This document shows positions 16,205-30,482 of a stretch of DNA of 64,000 nt, one piece after another. The stretch spans positions 52,080,001 through 52,144,000 of the forward strand of contig OX597830.1 in the NCBI GenBank assembly GCA_951406725.2, read 5' to 3'. Each line of letters starts with the position of its first letter. The stretch's first letter is position 1. The notes under the pieces were generated by a model. It made no database searches. It saw only the letters and a program-made list of their open reading frames with translations, and was not told the DNA's origin. The position numbers and the translations under genes are program-made. This stretch comes from Octopus vulgaris (lineage: Eukaryota).

Positions 16205-16336
16205 TATGTATATATTATCTATGTATAAGTGTATATGCATGGGTGATGGCATGTATGTATATATATATGTTCACGGATAGTATTAATAAATGCATGCATA
16301 TATGTATTTATGCATGTATGTATGAACAAATATATT

Positions 16337-16720
16337 CTTTTATTCTTTTACTTGTTTCAGTCATTTGACTGCAGCCATGCTGGAGTAATGCCTTTAGCCG
16401 AACAAATGGCCCAGGACTTATTCTTTGTAAGTTAGTATTTATTCTATCGGTGTCTTTTGCCGAAATGCTAAGTTACGGGGACGAAAACAAAAACATCGGT
16501 TGTCAAGCGACGGTTGGGTGACAAACACAGACACACAAATGCATATATAATATATACGACGGGCTTCTTTCAGTTTCCGTCTACCAAATCCACTCAAAAG
16601 GATTTGGTCGGCCGGTAATTTTTGTAGAAAGCATCTACCCTAGGTTCCACGCTGTGGAACTGAACCCAGAAACATGTGGTTCGGAAGCAAGCTTCTTACC
16701 ACACCGCCACTCCTGCACCT
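16337..16720 (-). mobile_element. tRNA-derived SINE (10463 family), tandem to the previous copy
   Basis: More diverged full-length copy. Confidence 0.88.
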
Positions 16721-16875
16721 ATGTATGTGTGTATGTATGTATCTTCCAACCTTATAAAGGAAACTCAAATTAATTTATTTGCACATACTCACAAGCGTAG
16801 ATATACATAACATGGTAACAGTCAAATGCCTACAATCACAAAATACTCATACGCATTCTTGATCCCCCCCCCTGT

Positions 16876-17181
16876 GGAGGCACAAGGCCTAGTGGTTAGA
16901 GCAGCGCACCGGCGGTCGAGGGATCGAGGGTTCGAATCTCAGACCGGGCGATGTGTATATTTATGAGCGAAACACCTAAGCTCCACGCGGCTCCGGCAGA
17001 CGGTAATGGCAAACTTCTGCGGACTCTTTCGCCACAACTTGGTCTCACTCTTTCCTCTTGCATCTAGCAGCTCACCTGCGACGGACCGGCGTCCCGTCCA
17101 GGTGGGGAACCTATACACCAAGGAAACCGGGAAAACGGCCCTAGTGGGCCAGGCATGGGTCGAGAAGGAACAAAAAAAAAA
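16876..17181 (+). mobile_element. tRNA-derived SINE (head A + V-domain-like tail)
   Basis: Head shared with the 8135 family; cctgcgacggaccggcgtcccgtccaggtgggg resembles the V-SINE domain; A-rich tail. Confidence 0.8.
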
Positions 17182-17267
17182 TCTCACTCGAGTGAAATAC
17201 CGCTTCGAAATTTGTGTGCGCGCGCGTGTATGTATACACACACATACACAGGCTCAGACACACACTT

Positions 17268-17301
<34 letters not shown>

Positions 17302-17692
17302 TAGAAGGAAAGGGCACAAATGATTAGCTCGATACTGCAGCGTGTCATCTTAGGCAAAGGTTATTTTCAGTAACCATGGAGACTGAGCAAAAGGAAACTG
17401 TAAAGAAGCCCATCTGATGGACTATACCAGCAATTCAGATAGAGCTGCCTTGTCATACTGTGCCCCCGCTGATACTGCCTGAGAATTACATTAATAGTAT
17501 TTGTGTCTACGGAATACTCAGCCGACATATATGTTAAAATAATCACTGAATCTGCATCTTCGAAAGAGACGGAGATCCATCTAGAATACGTGTACGTGTT
17601 TGTGTGTCTGTGTGTGCATACGATTATATATGCGCGCAGGTGTGTTTGTACGTGAGTATGAGTGTGTGAGTGTTTGTGTGTGTACGTGTGTG

Positions 17693-17733
<41 letters not shown>

Positions 17734-18134
17734 CGTGTGTGTGTATGAGCTTTTGCGTATTTGGAGATGTGTATGTCATACTCCACTTTTCTTTCCCCCT
17801 CCTCTCTCTACCACCTCTTCCTCAGCCTCCTACTTATAACTTACCATTCCTGCTCCTGTTTGCAGGCAATTCCATCTTCTTCCACCTGTGACAATATTGT
17901 GGCTGCGAGTGGTGTTGATGGTGCGATTATGGGGGAGGGAGTGAAGGAGGGGGAAAAGCAGTGGTAGGGAGTTGTAGTAGGAGGATTGTTGGCGAGGGGG
18001 AAATTTAAGAGAGCGAGGTAGAAGGTAAGAGCAGCATGTATCTAACAGAGAGAGGAAGGGTAGGGGTGGTAAAGAGAGGGGGAAAGGAAGAAAGAATGAA
18101 GGAAGGAAAAAAAAAAAAAGAAAGTAAGAAAGAC

Positions 18135-18169
<35 letters not shown>

Positions 18170-18609
18170 AGGAAAGAAACAGCAGCGGACAGTTTAGGGA
18201 GTTCCATGGATTTGGGTTACTGAGTGTTACACTCAACAAGTATGCGAGTGTGTGAGTGAGTGAGAAAGTGAGAGATTGAGTGAGTGACTGAGTGAATGAC
18301 TGAGTGAGTGACTGACTGACTGAGTCAGTGAGTGAGTCAGTCAGTCAGTGAGTCAGTCAGTGAGTCAGTGAGTCAGTGAGTGTGTGAGTGTGCGAGCGAG
18401 CGAATGCATTAGTTGGTTAGTATGTGGTTAAATGAGTGGTGGATTGAGTGACACTCAGAGAGTGTCTGCTGCGTGTGAGTGAGTGAGAGAGTGAATGAGC
18501 GAGTGAGTGAGAGAGAGAGAGAGAGAGAGTGAGTGAGAGAGAGAATGAGTGATACAGAGCGGGTAACGATAGCTGAGGAGGAAGTAAATGTTATGAGTGA
18601 AGGATAGAA

Positions 18610-18888
18610 GGTCGCTGCTGCTGCTGCTGATAATGTTGCTGGTGGTGATGGTGGTGATGGTGGTGATTATGATTGCACTACTGCTGCAGTTGATGTTGCT
18701 GTTGCAGTTCCTGCTGATGCTGCTGGTACAGATGTTATTGTTGTTGCTGTAGACGATGACGTTGCTGCTGTTGTTCCAGCTATTGTTGTTGTTGTTGCTG
18801 GTGTTGTTGCAGTTACTGCTGCTGCTGCTCTTTAGATTGTTGTTGCTACAGCTCCAGTTGCTACTCCTGCTGCTGCTGCTGCTGCTGC

Positions 18889-18935
<47 letters not shown>

Positions 18936-18955
18936 GTGTTGTTGGTGTGGTTGTT
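18610..18955. repeat. Degenerate (CTG/GTT)n trinucleotide tract
   Basis: Minus-strand Q/H frame is broken by several TAG/TAA stops. Confidence 0.9.
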
Positions 18956-19464
18956 CATACAACTTAACAGAAATACACCAGGAGTGGACCACTCTGCACA
19001 CTGAATCCTAATACAAAACACAATGGGTTGAAAAACTTCAATCAGTTGCGATTATCCATGCAATGACCATAGAAAAACTCCCTCTCGCGATATTTAGCAT
19101 CTATAAGCAGACAAGGTTAATAACACCAGTGAAATCAATTGTTCAGCCTAGACAATCCTGGTGGCTCTAAGTCTGTCCTCTGGTCAATCTTTGACATCGT
19201 CTACCTAAAACTACATTACTATAATGTATCCTTCTTTTATTAAGACAACATGAGGCGACTTGAATTCAATTTAGCTGGTATTTCTAACAAATTATGTGAT
19301 ACATACATACATGAGCATATCTAGATATGCAAGTATATACATGAGAATACATACATAAAACATAGAAATCTGCACATACATACATACATACATACATACA
19401 TACATACATACATACATACATACATACATACATACGTAAGTATGTACGTACATACAAACAAACA

Positions 19465-19690
19465 TACCCTGTTGTTGATGTTGAAATTCCAGTGAAGGAG
19501 CCTTGGATCTAGGTTAAAAACCGGTTATTTCTCTACTGGCAAGAAATCTTGAAATAAACTGAATAATGGCATACATATAAAATATCCTGTTGATATTGTC
19601 GAAATTCCAATGAAAGAGCCTTGGATCGAGGTTAGAAACCGGATCCTTCCTTATTGGTATGAAATTTAGAAATAAAACTGAATAATAATA
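19465..19690 (+). repeat. ~115-bp tandem dimer within (CATA)n
   Basis: cctgttg..gaaattcca.tgaa.gagccttggatc.aggtta.aaaccgg...gaaataaa.ctgaataat occurs twice. Confidence 0.85.
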
Positions 19691-19768
19691 TACATACATA
19701 CACACATCATTAAGCGAGAAAATGGAGATATTTAATGGATATAAATTTATTTATTAACTAACATTGCC

Positions 19769-19805
<37 letters not shown>

Positions 19806-20046
19806 TTATAAAGCAGAAGGAAGTAAGTACTTATGTGTACAGATAGTTTCTTAATGTTTATTCCAGAATAGATGAGCATATGGTGCAGTTCTCAGCGAAC
19901 GAAGATAGTAGCGGTGTATTCCATTCTTCAGAGAGAAAAAAATAGACTAGATCCTTAATAGAGCAGTTATTATATATGCCTATAACATTACGACATTTTA
20001 CCAGAACTATAAATGTATGTAAGTGTGTATATAGATAGATAGATTG

Positions 20047-20196
<150 letters not shown>

Positions 20197-20422
20197 ATGT
20201 ATATGGATGTATATATATATATATATGTGTATACACATATACACACACACACAGACATATGTAGCTAATGATTAGAAATCTGACCAATGCAGTAAAGGGG
20301 CAAAAATGTATCGAAACAATTGTTGTGATTTTAAATAATGTTCATTCGATTTTCCCATTTATCTCTCTCCTCCTTTCTCTCTCTCTCTCTCTCTCTCTCC
20401 CACTATACACACACACACACAC

Positions 20423-20457
<35 letters not shown>

Positions 20458-20827
20458 CTCCTGTCCAGAAGTGAACACCCATCCCGTTAACCTGAATGTA
20501 ATCTTTCTTTGACAAGGTTGTATATGTTATGATTGTAGGATTTTAAGTAATATATTCACGGACAACTGCAGCTAGCCCCATTAGCCAGTTATTACCAAAA
20601 TATAACTGGCAAGAACATCCTGCCTAAGAGAACTCAGTATATCTAGAGGGACATCCTCTTTTTATGCATGCACCTGATGTGGCACAAACTGCACAGACTG
20701 ATGCAACACAGATGCACAATATCCTACCCATAACGAACAATTGCAGGATGGGTCGAAACGACTGTCGTACTGAATAAAGGCTAGTACGAGATCCATCTTC
20801 CGTTTCCTTCATCAATTATTTATACAA

Positions 20828-20881
<54 letters not shown>

Positions 20882-20950
20882 AAATACGCACACATATACA
20901 TACAAACATAGATACACACACACACAGACATATATATATATATATATAAG

Positions 20951-21265
20951 TATATAATATTAATTAGAGACAAAACCACTATTTTGCAAATCAAACAAGG
21001 AAAGACTTAATCAATACATAAAAATATTTTAATATAAAGTAAATATAAAGTAAATAGTGGCGATTTATTTATTTATTTATTTATTTTATTTACTTTATAT
21101 TAAAATTTTTTTATGTATTGATTAAGTCTTTCCTTGTTTGATTTGCAAAATAGTGGTTTTGTCTCTAATTAATATTATATAATATTTTACTATAAAATTG
21201 GATTCAATCCTAAATCTGATTTTTCCCTGTAAATTTGGATTTATTCCCTAATATTTATTATTATA
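20951..21265. mobile_element. Hairpin element in TA tract: ~93-bp inverted arms plus ~85-bp tail
   Basis: 20951-21044 vs 21088-21181 are near-perfect reverse complements; second family member at 34590-34856. Confidence 0.85.
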
Positions 21266-22344
21266 TATAAGTATATAGATAGAAAGACAGACACACAGAG
21301 AGACATACACACTTATGTGTGTGTGTGTGTGTGTGTGTTTCATAAAGGCAGCAAAGTCCTTATCGTCCTCGATAAATTAAACGACACTGAAGCGAAATCT
21401 TTTTCATATTCTGAAGGTCTGAAAACTTTATTCTTCGAAACAAACAGTGAAACTCTTTATCCACTGATGAGCAGTTTTCACTAGCATCGGGACCACGATA
21501 TCTATTCTTTATCAAACCCACTAGAGTCTATTATTTTCTGGTTGGCGCTGCAAAACTTCTACAGCTACCCCCACCACATCCCATTAGTGTCCGTTAATGT
21601 CCATTAATGTCCAATCAAATAGCAGCCAAGTGTCAAACTGTTAACCCTACCTATTCAGTAACCATGTAGTCTTCGAAAGAAGGGTTACTCATTGTTTTTT
21701 CTACATTGAGACTACTTCAAAGTCTTATTTGACTAGCGCTGTGGTCTAATGTTCAGCAACTATTTATTACACAATGAGGGAGTCACAATAGAGTCACTCG
21801 GCCATCTTGAAATAGCAACCAAACTTTCCTCATACTACCTTAAAAATGGGAAGGTTACATTTGGTAATATTATCGTCATCGGGTTTGCCTGGGGTTAAAC
21901 AACAACGACAACAAGATTGAGCCTTGTCCACTGCATGTTGGTCTCCAGATTATGAAAAACCAATTAATACCTTAATTCCTTAATTAACTGTAAAACCACC
22001 ACCGTTATCCCAACCAGCTCATTTCAGTTAAAAGCTCACCACCACACCGTCGCCCCTCATCTTATCAATCGCTGTCAAGTTAAATCTAGCCGCTCCTTTA
22101 TTAATGACAAAACCATATCAATGTTATCTTTTAAGTGCCTCTATTACCACCACACCACCACCGCCATCACAACCACAACCACAACCACAACCACCACCAA
22201 CACAACCGCAGAACTATCATTACTACCACGACAGTGATAAGGTCCCTTTGTTGTTATGACGACATCATTCAATCGCATCTAAAGAGTACTGATGTCGTGT
22301 AGCGTAATGTAGTGGAGCAGAATGTGATGTGATGCAGTGCAGTG

Positions 22345-22742
22345 AAGTTCCGTGGCTTAATGGTTAGGGTATTCGAATCACGAACGTGAGGTCGCGTTGT
22401 GTCCTTGGTGCATTGTGTCTTTGATGCGTTGAGTTCTTGGTGCGTTGTGTCCTTCGTGCGTTGAGTTCTTGGTGCGTTGTGTCCTTCGTGCGTTGAGTCC
22501 TTGAGCAAGGAAAAATATTTCACGTTGCTCCAGAAATCTCAAACTGACAAAAATGAGTAGTTCCTGTATTTCAAAGGGCCAACCCTATCACATTCTGTAT
22601 CATGCTGTATCTCCCTGAGAACTACATTAAAGTTACGCGTGTCTTTGGAATGCTCAGTCACTTATACGTTAATTCCGCAAGCAGGCTGTTCCGTCGATTG
22701 GATCAACTGGAACACTCGTTGTCGTAATCGACGGAGTGCCAG
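22345..22742 (+). mobile_element. SINE (head B + tail X) with internal ~32-bp tandem expansion
   Basis: Body ccttgagcaagg..atttcacgttgctccag shared with 51611; 3' half shared with the 8135 family; tandem at 22396-22500. Confidence 0.8.
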
Positions 22743-23385
22743 TCTTTTGTGGTGGATTGTCGTGTCATTCAGTGAGGTGTGCTGTGGCATGGTGGCAGTA
22801 TGGTATGGACTAACGTACAGCAGTGTGATTTGGTGTAACGTAGTTTGGTGTTTTGGCGCAATATTGAACTGTGTAATATAGTGTACGATAGCATCGTGTA
22901 AAATGGTGAGGTCTAAAATGGTGTACAAATATGGTTCGGGATATATATATATATACACATTAGAAGTTTTGGAGATGATGTACAGGTACTATATATTAGA
23001 AGAAATGAGGTACTCAGAAATCCGGATGGTTTTATATTTACAGATATTTATTAGTATGTTACATGTTTTTATAAATCATATATCATATAATAGCACTTTC
23101 GTCCATTCTAGTGGAGCCTTCAAATTGATCAGTTTTCATTGGACTTTCCTCTAACTTACTCACCCTATGCTGCATATCTGGAGATTTCATTAGAAAATCT
23201 ATACAAATCTATAGAGAGACTTATCGATATCTTTATATCATTCTCTAACGGTTCATCTGTCAGGTGCGGTTTAATATTTGATACGACTCCCATCACTATC
23301 GCACACAGATAGGAACAGATAAACATGAAACTCATAGATCCAATTTCTCTACTCTTTTTTAAGTTCCTATTATTATTTTCTCTCC

Positions 23386-23457
23386 GCACTGATGAGTACT
23401 ATGATAATTTTCAAATTCAAATATGAATTTATATCTATGTACGAAACAATTGTATGC
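23386..23457 (+). ncRNA. Type-I hammerhead ribozyme motif, canonical core
   Basis: GCA CTGATGA GTAC ...AAATTCA aata TGAATTT... GTAC GAAAC AATT GT A TGC, followed by aataaa. Confidence 0.8.
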
Positions 23458-23766
23458 ATAAATAAACTTCTTATAACTTTTTAACATCTTATCTCCTACA
23501 TTTTTGACAGATATGATTGGATTTGTAGAACTTCATTCCATAAATTAATCATACAATTATTATTCGAATACTACTTTTCATATATTTGCCAATTTACACG
23601 AGTAAACTCTCGGCAAAGCATGAAGAATCGATGTTAGAAATCTTTTTGGAAACCACTCCAATTAAAGGACGAGTTCACATTCAATCTGTTACACACGTAT
23701 ATGTGTGCATATGTATGTATGCGTACATATGTATATATGTGTATTTATGTATGTATATTTGCATAA

Positions 23767-23841
<75 letters not shown>

Positions 23842-24430
23842 ACGGAAGATGAAATATATATATATAATGCCTAGTAGAGCTACGTTTGTGTTATAGTGTC
23901 TCGGCTTTCTTGTGGGTCACCCCTTGGGTGTGAAATGGCTATAGGAGTAAACCTAGACTGAAAATCTCGCAGGCGCATACAGCATAAAGGGCACTGTCAC
24001 ACAGTATATTTGGCTCTCATGAGAACAGCAGTCTTACCTCGGTTTACGTGCGAAGGCAGGCGGGGAGAGCTGCAGATGCTCTGCGCAAACAATAGTAACT
24101 TAAATATGACACCAAGAGCCAATAATCCTCGCAAACATGACAATCGATAGTCGACCAACAGCAACAACAATGTATGTCCAATATGGCACCGAACTGAGGA
24201 AGTCCAGCTTACGTATTTGTATTTAGAATTTTATTAATTTCAAAATATTTCACTACTACAATATAACTAGTTTAAATACGATTATGGAACTGGATTTAAA
24301 GTTGGATCACCATTAAGTGCCTATGAACGGAATACATTCATCCCTTACTTCCCACAGATGTTAAAGGAATGGAACACTGAAATTGATACTTGTAGAAAAA
24401 GAAAGTTTCTCAAAGTCCTTTGGCCCATGT

Positions 24431-24978
24431 CCGGTAAGTTCACTGTCATCAATTCACCGCAGGGAAAGTTCACCGTAATCAAATTACTGTTTATTGTTTG
24501 TTTATTTGTTTGTTTTCGTTTTTTTATTTTTGTTTCAATAAAATGTTTTTTTCTATTAATGGTGATATACTATCGGTCTCTTTTGATACATTTTCTCCAA
24601 ACACACACACATACATATATATATATACATATATACGTAAACCACTCACAAGGCATTGGTCGGTCCGGGGCTATAGCAGAAGACACTTGCCCAAGAAGAC
24701 ACTTGCCACGCAGTGGAACTGAACCCGGAACCATGTGGTTGGTAAGCAAGCTACTTACCACACAGCCACTCCTGCGCCTATCACTGTTATCAAATTACTG
24801 TTTTTTGTTTGTTTATTAGTTTGTTTTCGTTTTTTTATTTTTGTTTTCTATAAAAGGCTTTTTTCTATTAATGGTGATATACTATGGGATACATTTTCAC
24901 CGTAAACTTTTCTCGCGGTGAACTTTCCGCGCGATGAACTTTCTCTGCATGGTGAATTAATGGCGGCGAACGTACCTG
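24431..24978. mobile_element. MITE-like element with subterminal aagttcaccg repeats, interrupted by a SINE fragment
   Basis: Left ccggtaagttcactgtcatcaattcaccgcagggaaagttcaccg vs right (rc) caggtacgttcgccgccattaattcaccatgcagagaaagttcatcg; SINE piece at 24641-24779. Confidence 0.6.
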
Positions 24979-27579
24979 TAATCCCTTTGCTACTTAGATA
25001 AGATCGGACAACTGTTGTGTTTATGACAGCGATTGAGCCAGAAACACAGGTTCGTGATTATCCTCTTATCTGAAGACAATAATCTTGTGCCTTTTCTTTT
25101 AAAGTCGCGTCAACTTTGGAGAATCCTCGAATGTTGAGATTATCTCCCTTCTTCATATAGAGCTGGTCGTAGTTGGAAAAGGATGCGTGGCGTTCGATTA
25201 TATAATATAAATATATGCATATATACATACATGTATGTACATACCTACATCTATATATATATATACATGCATATATGGGTACAGGACATAAAAAAAACGT
25301 TGAACACAATGAGAAACGAAAACATAAAAGCAAAAACACGGAAACGAACTTTTTTTCAAACAACGAAAGAACAGAGTACAAGACATACAACACAAAGAAT
25401 ATTCCCCTTCTTCAGTTGTGCCTGTTTTGTCTACTCCGCGTTTCGAAGGTAAGTAATAGAGACGAAGGTAATTCTAATAAAGCAACAATGTATGCTGTAT
25501 GGTATCTGATATATCCGTATTTGTGTATAATATCGAAAGAACTCAGTTCACTGATGAGTGACGATAGTGGTCACGGGTTCGATCAGCTGACAGAAACCAA
25601 AGAATACCATAATCCAAAAAATTCTTTCCATTGTCTTTCTGGATTGTCTTTGAATATATACTCCGTACAATATATTTGCGACTTAAAACTAAGTGAAAGT
25701 GACTTTGAAGACGAGTATTTCTTGCACGAATTTTCTAAGTTCATTGGCGCATGCACACATACAAACACACAAACAAATGCACATAAATATACACACATAC
25801 GCACACGCATACATACACACATAAATACACATGCACACGCATAGACACACACATACACATTCAGGCATACTTTACAGACGCACGCGCACACACGCACACA
25901 CACACACACACGGGCGCTCGCTTATACGCATACACATTCGCGTGTGATTCCTTCCTGGACAAGGATCCTTGAACTGGCAGATTCTGTTTTTAAAATGTAG
26001 GTTGTATATACATTATATATACAACCTACAGGTGCACGCGTGTGTGTATACAAGCATATGTGTGAGTGCGCATGTGTGTGTGTGTGTGTGTGTGTGCATA
26101 CATGCGCGTGCGTGCGTGTGTGTGTATGTGTGTGGTGAATTCCGTTTGCTTTTATCTTTATTGACTTTATTTAAAGGCAATGATATTGTGGAGATTATTA
26201 TGTGTGGGTGTGTGAGTGAGAGCGTGTTGCTCAGTGGAGTGTGTGGAAATAAATATCTGATTTTCTGATTGAAAAAAAAAAAGTTGGATAATTTTAATTT
26301 GCCAGTCAGTGGGGTTGTGTGTGGCCGAGTGGAGTGGGTGTATGGCAACTGAACAGACATAAGTGTTTGTTTATGAAAATGAAATTCACTGGTGCATGAA
26401 AATTCTTTCTCTAAAGATCAAGGTAGCGGTCTAGTAGGTGAATAATTTTTTGGATGATTGACTGTGGAGACAATAGCAATGTCGAGGAAGAGAATTTGAT
26501 GGTTTGGGAGCAAATTAATTAGTTTAGGTGATGTGGGTGGGGTTAAGAGGTGTACTGCGTGTTCTGGGACTGAGAATCATGTGTTTTAAGAAGAACAGGA
26601 GATGAAAGATGTAATAAAATGATAGTATTTTTGCTTGACTAGTAGTTCTGAAGGGACATTAAAGGAATATGCATATATGTAGAGGGCTGGGAAAATGTAC
26701 AGCAGCCGAGAGCTTACATATATTTATTCGTTTGCCCGGCATCAGTATTTCATCCACACATAAAGCGCACCGCTGTTTAAAAGACCGATAGAGCTACAAG
26801 TCCGCAGCTAACTTTTTTGTTGTTGACGTATATGTTGTTTCAAAATGCCTTATTTTACAACTATGAGATGTATTGTTATTGTCATGATCTTATCTTACTG
26901 TAATCAACAGCAATCGCATTTCGTCAATATAAAAGCCTTCGTTAGATTAAAAATCAGAATGTCAAAACATGAGGGTGAAACAAAACAAATATCAGCTTAT
27001 ACACCGGAGACTACGGCATTTGTAGTGGCAGTGACAACTTTGCTTGCTGGTTGCTAGATGATAGTGTAGAAGGGAGGAAAAGGGTAAGGAATGCACGGTG
27101 CTGACTAGAAAGGAAGATAAGATAAAGGTGGCTTCATCTTCGCTCGACATACGAATGGAACAGAGTGGTGACATTTAGTAGAAGTGACCCGGAAATTGTT
27201 CCTCTTCGATTACTATCGCAGTCAGCAGTAACATTCTTCAACCGAATACACGCCGTTTATGTGTATTAGAAGTGGCTACTATAAACCTCGGCTTAGGAGT
27301 GGTGGCGCACGAAACTTTTATGAAGGACATTAAAATTTGAGTATTTCTTATGCATGGGTAGAGAATTTCAGTTGAGTAGTTTAAAAAAAGGGCTTAGGTA
27401 TAGAATTAACTTGAAACTAGAACGGAGGTGACAATCCATAAGATATCAAGTTTTCTACCTCTTAAATAGAGTCATGAAGACCATAAGACCGTGCGTGAGG
27501 CTACGCTGGTTAGCTAGGGCAGATCGAAATCTATTCGCCCCAGAGTTGGCGCAAATTGTGCCTCTCTCACTCTCTGTCC

Positions 27580-27650
<71 letters not shown>

Positions 27651-28045
27651 TGCATATGTATATGACTGTTTGTGCATATATATACACATATATACATATA
27701 CATATATATATAATATTATGCATATATGTATGTAAATTTATGCAAATTTATGCAAAATAATGGTGCACATTATATACAGTGTTAAATACGCATTACTTGG
27801 TTCCATTTGCATGTAAGATAAATATCGGAACGTAAACTTTTTTATGACTACCAACAAAGGTATGAGCCTGAGTGTATGTGTGAGCGCTGGTATGAGTGAG
27901 TATGTATGCGTTTGCGTACATATGTTTACACATATTTTTACACAAACATACATGTGCGCAAATGTATGAATGAATGTACGTACCTAGATGTGCATGTGTA
28001 TATATATATGTATATATATGTATATAAATATATATATATAAATAT

Positions 28046-28093
<48 letters not shown>

Positions 28094-28104
28094 TATATAT
28101 ATAT

Positions 28105-28153
<49 letters not shown>

Positions 28154-28204
28154 GGAATCTAGATTTGCATGGATACATACATATACACACGTATATATAT
28201 ATAT

Positions 28205-28272
<68 letters not shown>

Positions 28273-28837
28273 GCAGATACACATTGGCACACATACGTAT
28301 ATTGTGGTTCCTTTATGTATAAAGACCTGTATAGCTATATAAACTCATACACGCTCGCGCGCACACTCTCACATGTACGCACACACACGTAAATATATAT
28401 ATAATATCCCTTGGGTAAAATGGTTAAGTAATGGAAAACCGAATTTAAACAATGTTTTATATGCGAAAAGCTATGTTTTACGATGGCTTTTTTGCAAATA
28501 TTGCATAACTTAGCTTCGATAGATTGGTGAAGTTTTGAAAATGCAGATTGTATATTAGTTTCTTTCTGCGAATGGACAAGTTTTTGTATTTACATATTCG
28601 CATGGAACTAGCGTTGTGAGTGCGTGTGTGTATGTGTGTGTGTGTGTGCGTGTTGGAAGAGTATATGTGTCTGTATGTGTGTAGCGTGCAGATCGATGTA
28701 GATTAATAGATAGGTAGATATAAGTAGTTATACGGCTATATATTGACATAGATAATTGATATATATATATATATAGGGTGATATATATATATATCAAAAT
28801 ATTTACATATATTTTATATGTATATATATATATACAT

Positions 28838-28922
<85 letters not shown>

Positions 28923-29371
28923 CAGATATATACACACCCATGCACCTACATATATATATGCACGCACACACATTAATCGATTCGAATTTAACCACTGTGG
29001 TATAAAGAAATCTACAAAGAAAAGAAAAGAACTGAATGTAAAGATTAATGCTTGTTTTGCTGTTAGTATTAAAAAACTACCTTCAAAGTGATCGTTCCAA
29101 AAATGCGACAGGACTTTCTTTCCAGCGTAATGGATACAAGATATACAGAGATATAACTATGAAGATATGCTGACATAGATGAACTGATATACATATAGAT
29201 ACATAGCTTTGAATGTAGAGATATAGATGCATAGATATAAATATATATATATGTAGATATAAACCGATATACAATAATAGATAGATAGATGGAGAGAGAG
29301 AGGGGAGGAGGAGGAGACAAACAGACGGATAGACAAACACATATGTGTGGTGTGTATAGACACACATATAC

Positions 29372-29539
<168 letters not shown>

Positions 29540-29551
29540 AGAGAGAGGACG

Positions 29552-29586
<35 letters not shown>

Positions 29587-30070
29587 ATGCGTGTATAAAT
29601 GAACACACGATGACTGGCTAGTCGTTAGCCGTGCGTTATGACCATCACTTAAACAGGTTGACTTCACTGATTGTTTCCTCAAACGTAAAATCAACAGTGA
29701 TTCATGAAACCAGTGATCGACTTTATAGAGTTTGCCACAAGCACCGCAAACTAAACCCGTGTGTTCGGCCTAACATTTAGACCTCTCGGGTGGAGCATCA
29801 TTATGGGTTTTCAAATGTCCCCTGAGACTGGCATCAAGAATATTCATTCTGCCGAAGACTGAGCGATGTAATGGCCAAACACATTGCCAAGTACTTCTCT
29901 TCTTTGTGCATACACGTAAATTGTGCAGTTATCAAAGTTCAAATTAGAATCAATGCTATACGCTTTAAAGTGTTCATCTCATTTTTATTTATTCTATTTT
30001 TTTTTTTACTGTTATTTGTTTCAGTCATTGGACTGCAGCCACAATGGGGCACAGTCTTGAATGGCTTATA

Positions 30071-30128
<58 letters not shown>

Positions 30129-30225
30129 TGTGTGTTTATTATATTTTGTATTTTCGTTTATATTTTCATTATTATGATTATTATAATTATTACTATTATT
30201 ATTATTATTATTATCGTCATCATCA

Positions 30226-30293
<68 letters not shown>

Positions 30294-30482
30294 TTATCTT
30301 TATTTTAATTTTTAGTTCTATCTTTATTGTGTTATCCTTTATCTCCCCTTATATCCAGTATATATATTATAGCTTCAGCAATGAAAGAAATTTTTTAACC
30401 TTATGTCTACGTTTTCATTTTATAAATCCCTTCTTGAAATTTTATATTGACATATGTATATATATACATATATATATATATA

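Noticed and set aside
20690-20780. ACCCAT..ATGGGT CGAAAC GACT GTC hammerhead-like half
   Set aside because: No CUGANGA adjacent to stem II
25058-25200. Protein-like minus-strand stretch (HASFSNYDQLYMKKGDNLNIRGF)
   Set aside because: No convincing splice sites in an open frame and no recognisable family
25550-25600. CTGATGAGTGAC..GTCAC hammerhead-like start
   Set aside because: Followed by GGGT instead of GAAA; no stem III
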